Shown in pieces: positions 25,100-38,171 of a stretch of DNA of 64,000 bases. Numbering within the stretch: position 1 is the stretch's first letter; every line of letters begins with the position of its first letter. The DNA lies in assembly GCA_002633005.1 (NCBI GenBank), contig NMRA01000962.1:23789-87788 (forward strand), read 5' to 3'. The notes under the pieces were generated by a model. It worked only from the letters and a program-made list of their open reading frames with translations. It did no database searches and was not told the DNA's origin. The DNA is from Phoronis australis (Eukaryota; Animalia; Phoronida). A program made the position numbers and the translations under genes.

Positions 25100-28000
25100 G
25101 TACTAGTCCAAGAGAGCGCCAGCCAGCTAGCGGCAAGGTGGGGGTCAGCCGATTTTCACCAAATTTGGCACATAGGTAGTCCTATGATATCTATAAACAG
25201 CGGTAAAATATTTCCTCAAGATATTGCGTTTTTCCAAAGTTACAGGCTCAAACACATTTTACGGCTTCGCAACCATGTTTTCACGGTATAAAAACTGTCC
25301 AGTTTTAACTCTTTATATTTTCCTTGAATAAAAGCTATTGATTTATTATTGACTTGGCATTGTTTAGTGATGCCTATAGATTGTTACACACAGATGTCTT
25401 GAAACACGATTACGATTTACCACCCTCATTTAGTAGTTTTACTACACTGCCCCCCGTTATGCCATTTTGAGGTTGTGTTCAGTACACTGCTGTAACAAAT
25501 CTGCCCCCACTGCTATGAGAATGAAACTTAGCCAAACTGTTGACAAAACATGTCACTTTCATTGCATAAAATAAAAACTTTGTCTGCCAGTTTATTAGTT
25601 ATACATTTTGGCACCTCAAATGTACTAAAATGAGAAATTTTCATATGTCTGAGATCGATGCGTGAGCACCGTAAAATCCGATTGTCCTTCATGTTATTCG
25701 ATATTTTGCAACAAGTTAGTTCCTCCTCAATGTTTTGAACGTTTTACTACTTACCACTTAGGGCTATAGTACCCCTAAATACCATACATGGCTCCATTTT
25801 GTAAAAAGCCGATTATGTCCACCACAGTGAACAGGGTTAGACATGAACTCGACAAATGTAGGTTATTTTGATTTACAGTTGTAATACCTTGCAATTTCTT
25901 CACACATATTAAAGTCAGATTTTCTGTTAATCAAATGTTCATACAATGCACTGTAATATCAAATGAATGATAAGTTTGGTGGCATGACCGCAATTTTTCT
26001 CACGACTTGAAACAAAAGACCGCAGAAATTTTCCTGACGAAATACCGGGTTTGCAGTTCTCTAAAAACATTCGAATGACAAGACAAACTCCACCACTGTC
26101 CGTGGCAACTCGTCGCATGTTTTTCGCCCATCGGTCCTATCACTGTTTTCCTTAGTTGTGTCATTGTTGGATATAACAACACAGGTCGCATGGATATAGA
26201 ACCTTGCGTACATCAGACCGTTGCCGATAAGTGCTCGTCATTATATCTTTATTATAACAACGGGAACAATGAAGATGCTAATCTATTGTTCTATATGCGA
26301 CCAGGTTTCCCGTGGATGACCACAGAAAAGGAATCCCAAAGTATCCACAAACAATGACCACGCACCTTAGTAACTATTACCGCGCACACGAATCCTTTCC
26401 GTGGAACCTAAACACCAAATTTTTATATCCGTGTATTGTGTTGTATTGCTCATGGTACGGGTTCAGACTCCGTTGTATTAAGATTCCAATACCCAACCCT
26501 GTAATATGTAGTTTGAGTAAAATTTGTAGACAATGCAGGTTTATGGATTTATTTTCCGTTAAATGAAGAGTGAAAATCAAATTCTGCACAGGTTTTTTCA
26601 AAAGTGATCACTTATTGGAAGATCACACATCTAAAAAATAAAACAATGTTTGACAATATATTTGAAAATTGCCTACCTCACAGACAATTCATATAAGTTG
26701 AAAATATTCCTTGTGAAAAAATATAAAATACCAACCAGAGACTTGTGTACTACAAAATATGTTTTCGTAATACAATGCAAAGATAACTGTACAGTCAAAA
26801 GTGCACATGTTATGACTCTAATAAAAAATTGCCTTCTAGATCTTTTCAACACTCTCCAATTGCTACAGGACAGAGTCAACCACACAAAGCCCATAAAGTC
26901 AGGGAATTACATTTAAGGTGATGTAGTCTCACTGCCAAAAAAGTGATTTCGCAATGACAACACTGGAAATCTCTTCTTCACAAACTTGAGGTAGCTGTAT
27001 TTACCACATCAATGTTCTTATCAAAACTAACCACCACAAAATGAAAAATTGGCTTGTCGGTTCCAATTAGGCAGCATTTTACAATGAAATGGTCATGAAA
27101 AAAACTTTTTTGCAACATGGTTTGCATTACAATTGCCCTACGATTACGGTTGTACATACATACTAGACCAGTAACAAAATTACCCATGGGAACCATAAAA
27201 TGGTCAATTTGCCAAAAAAACAAGGAGCCAACAGAGCTAATGTGCCAATACTTTTCAGTACTGCAACAAAAAATCATTTGAAGTAGACATAAACTCGCCT
27301 AAAATCACATAAAACAACTTTTGATTTAGACATTTTACCATCATAAAATAGGTATTACTTCCAGGTCACTTTTGAGCAATTTCAGAACTATGAAAGATCT
27401 GGCAATATGCAATTGCTAGAGACCAGTCAAATAGTGTGTGATTTTATACACACAGCATGGTCTCAAGAAAATAGCAAACTGTAAATTCGCTACAATTCCA
27501 GAAATCACTTCCCATCTGGATAAGGAACAAACTGAGCAAAGTTTATAGAGGTAAATGGTCTAAATCAAAACTTATTACCTCATGGACAGAAGGTTTACAA
27601 CCCAGGCAGAAAGATAAGTTAACAAAACCAGCCTAACTGCAACAGTGGCTCAAATTTCAGCAATATATACCCATTTACAAACAAAAATCTATAATGGTAA
27701 ATAAAATGCGGAAACATAAATTCAGATCAATTACGCATCTTCAAGGAAAAGGAACAGTACCGTGGTCAGAAATCATCTAAATGTGATGGCCACACTGAGA
27801 AAACCTGTCAGACCAAAAAATCCCGTGGCTAAACAAAATGAACAATGTACCATTACCATGTGGCCAAGGATCATGATCCGTGAATGGACAAAAAGTCAGT
27901 CTAGGTAAATTTTAGATTTGTGCTGTTCACACAAGCAGTTCTGGTGCAAACAAAGCTTGACACAACATACAATCCTACTTGTGGTATAAGCCAGTAATCT

Positions 28001-29782
28001 TTAGCAAATACTTTTTCCCCGACTCATTCCTCAAGCTACAAATTCTCTTTGACATATCTTCTGGGAGTAGACTTTTCGGCCTCTCTCTAGTCCCCTCACT
28101 TAGTTGTCCAGAAGGGTACGTTCTTGCTGGTTGTGAACTTTTCCATACCCAACCTTTACCAATAATCGGCAGGTCTCCAACTTCAGCAGAAACCACTTCT
28201 TCAGCATAAGCCTTTCCTGATTCCTAAAATTGTATTAATGAAAAAATTAAACATATTAAATTTAATGTGGCCATTTCGGTTCAGAAAATATGAATACCAA
28301 GCTAAAGTGAAGGCACCAATATTTTTGACAGCTTTAGCATGTTTAATTAAGTTCATAATCGCAGAAATTCATTGGCAGACATAACATACACCCTACTCTC
28401 TAAAAGTAGTTCATGGGCAGAAGTCATGTTACACATTTGGTGGTTGTTATGAAAAGTTATGATGACTACCTATTCTGTATGCCAAGGTATACATGTAGTT
28501 GTATAAACATCAACGCATTTGAATAAGATATGATTAAGCAATAAGGCCCAAGTTATAAGCAATCACGGTGTGTCAATAAAAGTATTTTTGCATGAATGAC
28601 GTGCTTCTAAATATTCCTCAGGGTCTGACCCTGGAGTTTAGTGATTCCTACCTGAGCTCACACGAAGCAGGACGTTGAACCTTGACTTAACGTCTTTGGT
28701 CATTTTTCAGACCTCTAATCAGATTTCTCCTCTAGTGTGCATTGGATGTACTCAGTGTCTTTGGCGACGCCAATATATCTCGAGTCTTGTAACGATAATT
28801 CGGGCAAGTGAATCTAATACGGTAGATTATGTAGCTCCTGCTGCACAGCTGCCTCCGAGGCAGACACTGAGACAGTCTACTTCTCAGGAGGACACGTTCC
28901 ACCTCCACATCAGCTCCACTTACTCTTTTAGGGGCTCAAATGTCTCGCTCTTTTCCTTGTGCATTTCCCAAGAGTTTCCAAATTTGTTTCTCACCGCAAT
29001 TTGTAGAAATACCACATTCGATGCGACTGGCAGTGCCAGATAAATAGATGAATTCGCAAACCCGCAATTTCGTATTTTAGTGGGACATTCTAGTGTCCTT
29101 AAAATTAATTAAAAACATTTTAGCAAACCAATTCTTTTAATAGTTGTATTATACCACGGCATATTAATGCGTAGAAGCGGCGCACAACTAGTGACTGGTT
29201 TAACATGACAAATACACATACGCGGTCTGAAAATAGTGAAATTCAGACACCTATTACCAAACCTGCCTGAACGGATGACAAAGTTTTCATTAAATTAATT
29301 TCAAAGGCATTGAGTCTTCTACATGTCCATGTTATTATTCTTAGTTTTCTCGCAGGGGCAGGTTCGCTGTAAGGGTACAACTTACTGCTGGTTTTTCACA
29401 AGAAGGAAATGTACCTCCACGGAAACAGTTCCAGTGTTACCATGGTAACCGATATTTCAGTGTCGGTGCCGTTTTTACTGACATTGGTCATGAACCTATC
29501 ATGTGATATCGAAATTGTTCAGAAACGATTCGGTTTGAAGCACAAACTGGAGTAGAAAATTTGGTCAAAAATGACTCATTCCACATCAAGAAATTGCCTC
29601 ATTTTGCCCCCCGGAACACTTCCCTTGTATCTCCTACACCACCAAACTTTGTGGTGTCATACTTCACCCAATTTCTCTCATCCGTAATGTGATTTATCAG
29701 ACTAAACATGGATCTGAATGGCTGACCCCCCACCTTGCCGCTTGTTGGCTGTACAGTGGTCGGTGGATTCGTGGACTGATAC
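25100..29782 (-). mobile_element. TTAA-flanked DNA transposon, Sola3-like (tentative), internally decayed
   Basis: Left TTAA|GTACTAGTCCA...CAGCCAGCTAGCGGCAAGGTGGGGGTCAGCC; right end is the reverse complement (GGCTGACCCCCCACCTTGCCGCTTGTTGGCTG...TGGACTGATAC|TTAA); contains a spliced Cys/His-rich ORF remnant. Confidence 0.7.
27975..29030 (-). pseudogene. Two-exon N-terminal remnant of a Sola3-like transposase
   Basis: Exon ~29030-28652 (CGISTNCG...TCPNYRYK/EIYWRRQRH*VHPMH...LLRVSS, donor CAG|GTAG) and exon 28224-27975 (acceptor aattttag); CPxxR..W..PxH motif recalled from Sola3-type proteins. Confidence 0.45.
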
Positions 29783-29908
29783 TTAAGTACCGAGCTTTCT
29801 TGCACTGAGAAATACCCGAATGTTCACATTATTAGGGAAAAGTAAGTCTAGACCTAATTAAAACTTTGATCAGAGAAGAAAGTCTTCTCTTGTCAATCAG
29901 TGTCAATG

Positions 29909-30698
29909 GTGCACAGCCTTGCAGATTTCATAGGTTCACTATTCCGAAGGTTCGCTATCTTCAAAAGTTCACTACTTCGAATGTCTACAACTTCGAAACC
30001 AGAGTTCCGACTGTTCATTACTCTGAGTCGGAACTGACATGAATAAAGTATTGTATTTGTGCCCATTTACTACCCGGTTAAGGGTGTGCAAGAATTGAAT
30101 ATTTCCTAAAACATTAATTACATTGTTTACAAAGAGCTCAGTTCCAATCACTGCCAATCGGGATTCTTGAATCTTACTTCATGTAAAGACTCATTTTCCG
30201 GGTCCGGGCTGCGGCGACCAACGGCGATTTTAAATTTAAGAGGATTGAATGAGACATTCGTGAAGACTGGCAGGGATTGGGTAAACTACTAACTACATTT
30301 AGTTTCGACCCGGCCTTGCGAGTAATTCCAATTTGAGGCGCAGCGGTCATAAACTTTTCAGTCGCGCTGTGAAGTAATGCGATCTTGACATGGATTTGAT
30401 GAATGTATCATGGTTGTTAATTCATCAATAATTCTACTTCATATTCTTTAAGAAATGCAAGTACGTACTCATTTCTCTGTATTTGTAAGACACGTCAGAA
30501 AGTTTGTACGCGCATGAAATCCAAACAAAGTGATTTATTACCCGGGTGTTGTTTTCGGTATGGCTGCATCTAACAACCGAACGGTCGTTTATTTTTGCAT
30601 GTTAAAGTATAACAATTACACTTGAGTCCAAAATTTTAGATATTTTTAGAGTAGTGAACCTTCGGAGTAGTGAACCTTCGGAATAGTGGGCTGTTCAC
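29909..30698. mobile_element. MITE with 16-bp subterminal repeats
   Basis: Ends GTGCACAGCC / GGCTGTTCAC; inverted arrays of GTTCACTATTCCGAAG at ~29932-29980 and ~30650-30688. Confidence 0.65.
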
Positions 30699-30877
30699 AT
30701 TTCCAGCGATGTAATCAACTTAAGTAACACGCAAAAATACAATCAGATGAAAAATTACGTCAAGTCATTCTCCGCCTAAATATGTCCGTCCGAGTATGTA
30801 TTGAGGTGTAATCTCTCATGCCTGATTTGAAAGTTTGGCAGGAGGTAATGCGAGAATATTCTATATGTAGATCACAT

Positions 30878-31036
30878 TGTTGTGTTGTGTATTTTCAATA
30901 AAATACAAGAGACTCTGGTAGCCATAGCTCAGCCATTTATTGGGTGAACACTAGAGAGAGCATTGTGTGCAGCGCCCTCCTACATCACATATATGAACTA
31001 CCAAGCTACATACATATGAAGTGATATCCTATAACA
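30878..31036 (-). repeat. 3' LTR (~159 bp)
   Basis: TGTT...AACA termini, AATAAA on minus strand at ~30936-30941, abutting polypurine tract at 31037-31047. Confidence 0.75.
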
Positions 31037-31250
31037 TCCCTCGCTTTCACAAAAGTTTATAACATGTGACTATAGGATGAATGTACACATCACTACGGTG
31101 ATTAATTGACATATATATATACGTTCAAAATGAGCTCTAACTAATTCTATTTTAAACAATATGTTTACTAACACTGCAAATGTATATAGGCGTGTAATGC
31201 TGAACATGTTATATCTGGTGAATGTTACATGCCTCTACTGTACTAGTAGC

Positions 31251-32160
31251 CTAAATCTCTTCAATTAGTCTACTGGGCTTCGTGCTAGTTCTACAGGACT
31301 GTCTAATAGTGGGTTGGACATTCGACGAGGGTACCTCTCGTTCGACATTTTCTGTAAACCTAACATGCTTTGAGGTGGTTTGACTGGTTTCATTGCGCAT
31401 GTCCTGATTAACAGATTCACTGAGGTGTAATTTCTTGGCAGCTTCTGGACTGAGTTCTTGTAAGAACCTGCGGTTCCTGCGAACAATGCTGCCATTGGGT
31501 GTCAACACCAAATAAGATCTGGGCTCTTTGCACTTATTTGTTATTGTGCCTGGGACCCAACTCGTTTTATCATCTTTTTGGACCAGTACCTTCATACCTG
31601 GGAGCAATTCAGACATTTCAGAGAATTGTATCTATTAGCTGACTCTGAACTTAGGTACTTCATTCTGTCTCTTACATCAAGCCAACTATCTTTGAAGTCT
31701 GACTTGACTGGAAGATTTGACCTGATTTTTCTACCAAACAATAGTTCAGCTGGGCTCGGAAATGTCAACAGGTGTCGCCCTGAGACACAATAAAGCTGTC
31801 TGAGGATCCGTGCCGGATTCCCGTGCCTTATTGAGCACAGGCTTAATAACAACGACCATGCGTTCGATAAAACCATTGGTCTGTGGATACCTGGGGCTAC
31901 TTGTGATATGTTCCAATTCCCACTTAAGAGCAAAATTCCTAAATTCTGCTGAAGCATATTGTGGTCCATTATCTGAGTACATTATTTTGGGTATGCCGTG
32001 AACAGCAAAGAGGTCTTTGCAAAACTTAATGGCTTCTCTGGCTGACTCATCTTTCACAGCTCTTACAAATGGCATTTTACTGAACTGATCCACTAACAGT
32101 ATGTACTTATCACCAGCTATCAACTGGAAGTAGTCACTGTGGAGTACTTCCCATGGTTCT
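31251..32160 (-). pseudogene. Gypsy integrase core and C-terminal domain, two frameshifts
   Basis: PWEVLHSDYF...LLVDQFSK...HGIPKIMYSDNGPQY...HITSSPRYPQTNGFIERMV; PAELLFGRKIRSNLP; WVPGTI...PRSYLV...RRNRRFL. Confidence 0.92.
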
Positions 32161-32212
32161 AGAAATTGGAACCAACCCCGGGCAATGCTGGCTACGGACC
32201 TGACTAACTTAA

Positions 32213-33861
32213 AGGAGAATGCCGCCCTATTTAATTAATCTTTTTACCGTCTTAATCGGTCTACATCCACATCGCCTCTTATACGGTCGACCTCACCTTG
32301 CCGAGAGGTGACGCGTTAACCTGTGAGGAAGGTGAGAAACGACGTAGCGACGTCAGTGGTTCGTCAGCAGAGTGAATGCCGCTATGGTGTGGTGCATCGT
32401 TCCCGCTTGTCCGAATTATGAAGCTGTGAAGAAAGCGGGTATATCATTTCTCGACTTCCTCCAGAGCCCGAAATGCTCAGGAAGTGGCTCGCCGTATTGA
32501 AGAATGAAAGGTACGCTGTTAATAGTTAGTATGAGGTCGTGAAACATCTCCGTGTCTGTGGCTGGCATTTCGTCGACAGTGATTTCTCTGACGAATTCCG
32601 GCTTACCAAAGAACTATCCATACGTTCCGTTGCCTGTGCATGTTCACGGCACCTCTCTAGTATTTCTTGATCGGTATATTCCGGTCCGATTTGATAGCCT
32701 GTGAAACCTTACGATTCGACCCGTGAAGTCTTCGACGGATGACTCTTGACTAAGTCGGAATAGGCGCCGGGCGAGTTGCCAAGTAGACGCTTACTTTGCG
32801 TTCTGTTTCAAAATGAATTATTCCCACCCCTCTACAATAGGCCTACTTATATAAAACTGAAACAAAGTCTGTCTCATTAGATACAATTTATAATGCCTGT
32901 GCAGTATTTGTGAGTGCAAATGTTGAGAAGCCGGCAATGGCCACTGTGTTACCGGCTTTTGATTCCGGCAATTAAGGTAACTGACCGGGCACCGAGGCCA
33001 TGTGAGCACATGCTAGTACAGTGTTTGCTGATAGAAAGCTGTTGTGAAACAATTGCTCGATTTTATATGCTATCGTAGCATGTTAGGGGAATCTTTACTT
33101 AGAAATACAAATACATTATTCAAATCATTGTTACTGTACAACCTTTGCCCGTACGGTCTGTGGAAGGGGAACCGACTTAGCGGCCCCCGACAAGTAAGTA
33201 GATTTTCGGTTTCGTGGCTAATTCACATATTATTACGTTCACATTATTTCTTTGGCTCACTATTATAGTCTTTTCGTGATTGGAAGTTTAGTTTCCAACT
33301 CAAGCTGGTTTATGTTGTGCCAGTCCCGGCGGCCGCGACGGGCCTGATCGGGTTCCGAGCCACTGGCCGGGATAACGAGTCAGTCCGGCCGCGACGGGCC
33401 TGTTCGGGTTCCGAGCCACTGGCCGCGATAAGCATTCTGTGTGTTCAGAACCCAAACAATCAAAAAACACAGATCTAGGTTCTCTTGTCGTTATTTCAAG
33501 GAAGAATACTTCGAATTTATCTCCGAACAGATCCCAAACTCCTACTACGGACCTTGGTAAATTGGCCTGCTGAATTTTGTAGGCTACGGTGTGTCCAAAA
33601 ACCAATAAATCCGTAATAGCGAAATAAAACAGCACGTTTTTATAAGAACTCTGGACGTTTTTAAGGGTTTTACATCGTAGTTTCATCGTTCATTGGTGTT
33701 AAACGATGAATTCACCAGCAACCCGTGTTGTGAACTGCTGACAGACTCCGCGTGAAACCAATGACGTCATTGGATTTTTTCAACACCTCCGTCTGCCATC
33801 AGTTGTCAGGTAACACAACTAAATTGATGCAAAATAGGTTGTTTTTGGGTGGCATTCTCCT
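32213..33861 (+). mobile_element. Kolobok-like non-autonomous DNA transposon with THAP remnant
   Basis: TTAA|AGGAGAATGCCGCCC ... GGGTGGCATTCTCCT|TTAA (15-bp TIR, 1 mismatch, RR termini, TTAA TSD); internal ~57-bp GC-rich tandem duplication at ~33330-33431. Confidence 0.8.
32384..32590 (+). pseudogene. THAP domain remnant
   Basis: MVWCIVPACPNYEAVKKAGISF/RLPPEPEMLRKWLAVLKNE...HLRVCGWHFVDSDF. Confidence 0.8.
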
Positions 33862-35819
33862 TTAAAGCTTTGTATGAAACCTGCAGTCGATGAGGCATCA
33901 ATGCATGTGTTTTCACGCTGTTCTATAGTTAGATTGAAATCTTAGCATTAGTTTATGTCAGGTCGTTCTGCAATTCGATCTTAATGTAGTAACACTGTCC
34001 TCGGTCTCATTAGGCCCGGTACAGGGTATTTTTTCTTAGTGTCGTCGTTTTTGCTCTCGTACGCGGTGAACTACATGTATTATCCATGTGCCCGGTTTTC
34101 ATAGATGAACATTTGCCCCTATAACTTGGTTCATAATTTCAAATTCGGTGTCTGTTCCGAAAGCTGAAAGTTTTTATAGTAAAGTGATATTTGAATTTGG
34201 ACAAGGGACGTAAACAACACGGTTAAGTCTAGCCAACCCTTTCCATTTCCCAAGTCTAACGTTGTTGTTTTTTGTGATAGTAGCTTTTCGCCCGGTTTGC
34301 AACTATAACTATTCAAAAACGACACTCACCCTTCTACACTGGTCTGACCCGAATTGCCACGCATAGAAATTTTGGTATGTTGCCCACTGGCAAAGAACGT
34401 TTTCGTTTTCCTTGACGCGTTACGATTCTTATTTTATATGATTTTATTTTCCAAGCATCATGGTGAAAAATCTCTGTGTCGATGCTCCGCGTTTTTGTCA
34501 CCTACGTACCTAGTTTTTGTCGGCCATTTACAGGTTATGGTTCCCAGTTGACAGTTTCTAGACTTTAATTTTCCAGTTTGATAACACTGATCCATACGAA
34601 CTATCCCATTTTAAAATGAAATATGAAATTGTGAACGGCGTTAACAACTTCCCAAGACACAACATTGGTTACGAACTTAGAGAATGTGAGAACATTTTCT
34701 GAAACTTCATAGGAGTGCTCTTCTTAGAAGCTCTTAAATGTAGTTGAAGAGGCTTTTGTGAAGCTTGTCCGTGTATAGTGATGTTCGTGTGATGAGACTG
34801 TGACAAGTGCCTGGGGAAAAGGAAATGCACAATCGTGCAGCTTGGATTTGAATCCATGGGAAAATCTGTGAGAAGATCAGGCGTTTCGCAAGAGAAAGTA
34901 CGGATATCGGACTCATGGACAATATATTTTCTCATCAGTCGAGGAATTAGATGATTTTAGTATTTTTGTGTATTTTGTTATTGGTCGTGGAACTGGAACA
35001 TTTTGCAAAGGACATGTTTTCTTGCAGTAACATTCACCTTTCACATGGTGTTCGTGGTAACGTTTGGACTTAGATCTGAATTGCAAGGTGCAAATCATTG
35101 CTCTCCAGTCAACAAATTTATACTGTATCTTACGACCTAATCTTGGTTCTGGAAACCTCATTCTTTTTTGAAGAAATACGTTTCTCATGAAACATTTGCT
35201 TTTCCGTGAGTCTACAAAGGTAGAGCATTATTGTTGCAGTAAGCGTCGAAAAGTCAATGTTCGATAAAAAAATATCGTGAAGTTGACTAAGAAAACCAAA
35301 GTTAAATCTGAAACACGCAAGCGTATTACCAAACTCATGACAGTCTTAAAAACTCACCATGCAGTTGCAAGTTTACGTGTGGATACGGATCCTGGCGTCC
35401 GGTGAAACAAGTTGTTCAATGTATCGACATTTATAGAATTGATGCGTAAGCGAATATAAAAGACTTTCGTTCAGTAGTAAGCTATGCCGTCAATGTCCCA
35501 TCTATGGTTCCACTGAAGCGAGATCCATTCAATACCAAGGACTTCTTTGCAATACTGTTCACATTCTCAGTTCAACGTTTTAAAGCTTCCGTGAGAACTT
35601 GCTTGGTTAACTCCGTAATTCTCAGTGAATGCTGATTCATTGCTTGTCGTCTGCGACCGCGTAAAATGAATAAGTCTCAAGTTGTGATCGATGTTTAAAC
35701 ACGCGAGGCACGAATGGCGGGCAACTTAGCTGAAACAAAGAGGTCTCTGCACGAGATGGTATACCCAGGGCTTGCGGTGGCTGTAAAAGTACGGCATGGC
35801 AACTTTTTTCTCCGTTGCT

Positions 35820-36090
35820 AATTCTATCGATAGACGTAATATCTTTATCGATAGACTAAGTAACTCTATCCATCTCTATCGATAGACTTGTTAACTCAAT
35901 CGACAGACTTACTATCTCTATCGATAGAGTTACTATCTTTATCGATAGAGTTATTAACTCTAACCATAGACTTACTATCCATATCCATAGACTATCTAAA
36001 GACTTACTAACTCTATCTATAGACTTACACTGTACTAACTCTGTCGATAGACTTACTAACTGTATCGATTTACTTACTATCTCTATCGTT
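35820..36090 (+). repeat. 21-bp minisatellite with palindromic CTATCGATAG core
   Basis: Repeated GACTTACTAACTCTATCGATA-like units. Confidence 0.85.
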
Positions 36091-36689
36091 TTTGAAGTCT
36101 TCTCTCATGACAAGTTCCTATCACCAGAGCCTTTTAATTTAATTTTGATTTGTCAATTGCCAGTTATTCATTGTGTTTTATCCCGTTCTCCCTTGAGGTC
36201 TTATAATAAATAATTGCTCATAACGAGGTCAAACAGTTAGTTCCGATGCTACACTGTGTGTTTATACAGGTGTGCTGTACATAAAATAGTTGCAGTGAAA
36301 CTTAAAAAGTATTTATTGAATAGTTATTTAGAAAAAATAAATCTCTTAAATCCAGTAACTCCATATCACTATAACCACAAGTCTCATAAATTATCAATAC
36401 TGTGGTACTGGCAACTGTGTACAACCTGATTGCACCTGTGATAAACACGCGGTTAAAACATGGCACTTCGAATCAAGGGTCGGCACACCTTCGAAAATGG
36501 AAGCTGTTGTCGATGGGTCTAACTTTCGGAAGTAACGAATTGTTGACTCTTAAAAACCATCTCACACGTATGTGTATCTTGCTTATAGTTACGCCACACT
36601 CTGTATGTACTTTGTATATACATGTATAACACAAGAATTCATATATACACAAACGTACCGAAAGTGGCTTGAGAAATTATTCCGAATAA

Positions 36690-37345
36690 GGTCGAGTGGG
36701 ATATTAGTTCATGTACGCCAATCGAGGTACGTTTTGTATTTATCCCATGCGCTTCGAATCCTTAAGTTTCTTACATTTTTTCGGCAGATGTTTCAAATAC
36801 TTCACCCAGACTGTTCACATGGAGGATCACATCCTATATGTAAGTACTTGCGCGTTAGGTTGCAAGTTTTCTCTTGTAAAAGAAAAAGTTTTAAAAGTAA
36901 TGACTTATTTCTTGAAAAGAGGTAGCAAAGGTGAAAACAACGGCAACTGTGCACTGAACTTGTAACATCTCCTGAAAATAGTTAAAAAACAACAATATTT
37001 GATATTTTAGATTCCTAGGAATCGGCGCCTGAGTTGCAGACGATATAGTATTCAGCAACTGAAAACTGAGACCTAAGTGTCTTAAAATTAACAGTTTTGT
37101 TCCAGACTTTACGTTTAGGGCCTGGTTGCTTGTCGAGTGTTAGAAACACTGCTGCAACTGCATTATTTTAAACAATATTCGGAAAGTTTGATGACCGAAC
37201 TGGCTGGCGACGTCTAGTCGACAATGACCTACCTTTTGAACTTTCCATGTCAGAGATCGCTGTTGAAGTAGTTCGGGGGTGAATACGGAAAACTTTATTA
37301 CATGGCCGTATTTCCCTCGACAGATTCAACGCGTATGGGATAAAT
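36690..37345. repeat. Dispersed repeat, copy 2 (inverted relative to 6895-7560)
   Basis: Colinear reverse-complement match to 6895-7560. Confidence 0.85.
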
Positions 37346-37769
37346 GCCAATTCCAATTTTGTTGAAACATAAAAGAACGATTTAAATGGATCTCACGCCT
37401 ACCTTGCTTATAGTTGCCGCCACACTCTGTATGTACTTTGAACTAAACAATTCTTGTATTTGCAACACAACAAATCAACTTATACATTACAAAAACTTGT
37501 CCTCTTCTCAATTAAAAGCTATTTTAACAGTTCAGCAGTCTGTTCGGTGCATACAGATGAGTTCTTCAGCCACAGAAAAGGCCAACTTGAAAGTAACAGT
37601 GCAGTGATCTAAGAACCATGGTTTTAGACAATGTTGCAAACGCATTAACAATGACGGACTCTGAAAACTAGCTCAGGTTTATCTTGTTTACCCAGATACT
37701 GACAAACCCAGAACGAACTTTTGAACCATAGAATTGCAAGGTATAAAAATTCATACAAGATCACTCAAC

Positions 37770-38171
37770 TGTTTAAATAACCGTTAGGCCTGTCGCTGTG
37801 GCTGCGTGGTGGGTCATGATACATCGCAGCAGTCCTCAACAGGCACATCGGTAGAGTTACTAAGTCTATCGATAGAAATATTAAGTCTATCGATAGAGTT
37901 ACTAAGTCTATCGATAGAAATCGTAAGTCTATCGATAGAGATAGTAAGTCTATCGATATAGTTAGTAAGTCTATACTCGTACGGACGCCGAGCGGACGTT
38001 CGGCGGTTGTGTTTGGTTGTCGTAGTTGTCGACAACCGAATGTCCGGCAGTAAGCACCGCGATCGCCTCCAGCGTTCTCCACGACCTGTTTTAATATCAC
38101 GCGTCGAGCCTGAAAATGGTGTTGTGGGTGATTAACTGCTAGGCCAGGTAGTCGCCTTGGACACCCATGAC
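37770..38171 (-). pseudogene. Trypsin-like (S1A) serine protease exon remnant interrupted by minisatellite
   Basis: After acceptor tttctcag: VMG...QGD/WP(w)QL...(C)GGTL-GDR-VLTAGHS...PLGV [minisatellite] ...HSD-A-RL; fits IVGG/WPWQ/CGGTL/VLTAAHC/DIALL only with several indels. Confidence 0.4.
37851..37975 (-). repeat. 21-bp CTATCGATAG minisatellite, opposite orientation to 35820-36090
   Basis: About six AGAGTTAGTAAGTCTATCGAT-like units. Confidence 0.85.

Larger units (their letters stand above)
30878..32170 (-). mobile_element. Gypsy/Ty3 LTR retrotransposon 3' fragment (integrase, PPT, 3' LTR)
   Basis: Integrase frames 31251-32160; PPT AAAGCGAGGGA immediately before LTR on minus strand. Confidence 0.9.

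Noticed and set aside
32170-33900. Kolobok nested inside the Gypsy element
   Set aside because: Gypsy homology stops ~40 bp before the TTAA and does not resume after 33865
34669-35640. Minus-strand exon-like segments with donor at ~35357 and acceptor at ~35213
   Set aside because: Multiple stops in all frames and no recognisable domain; cannot support a call
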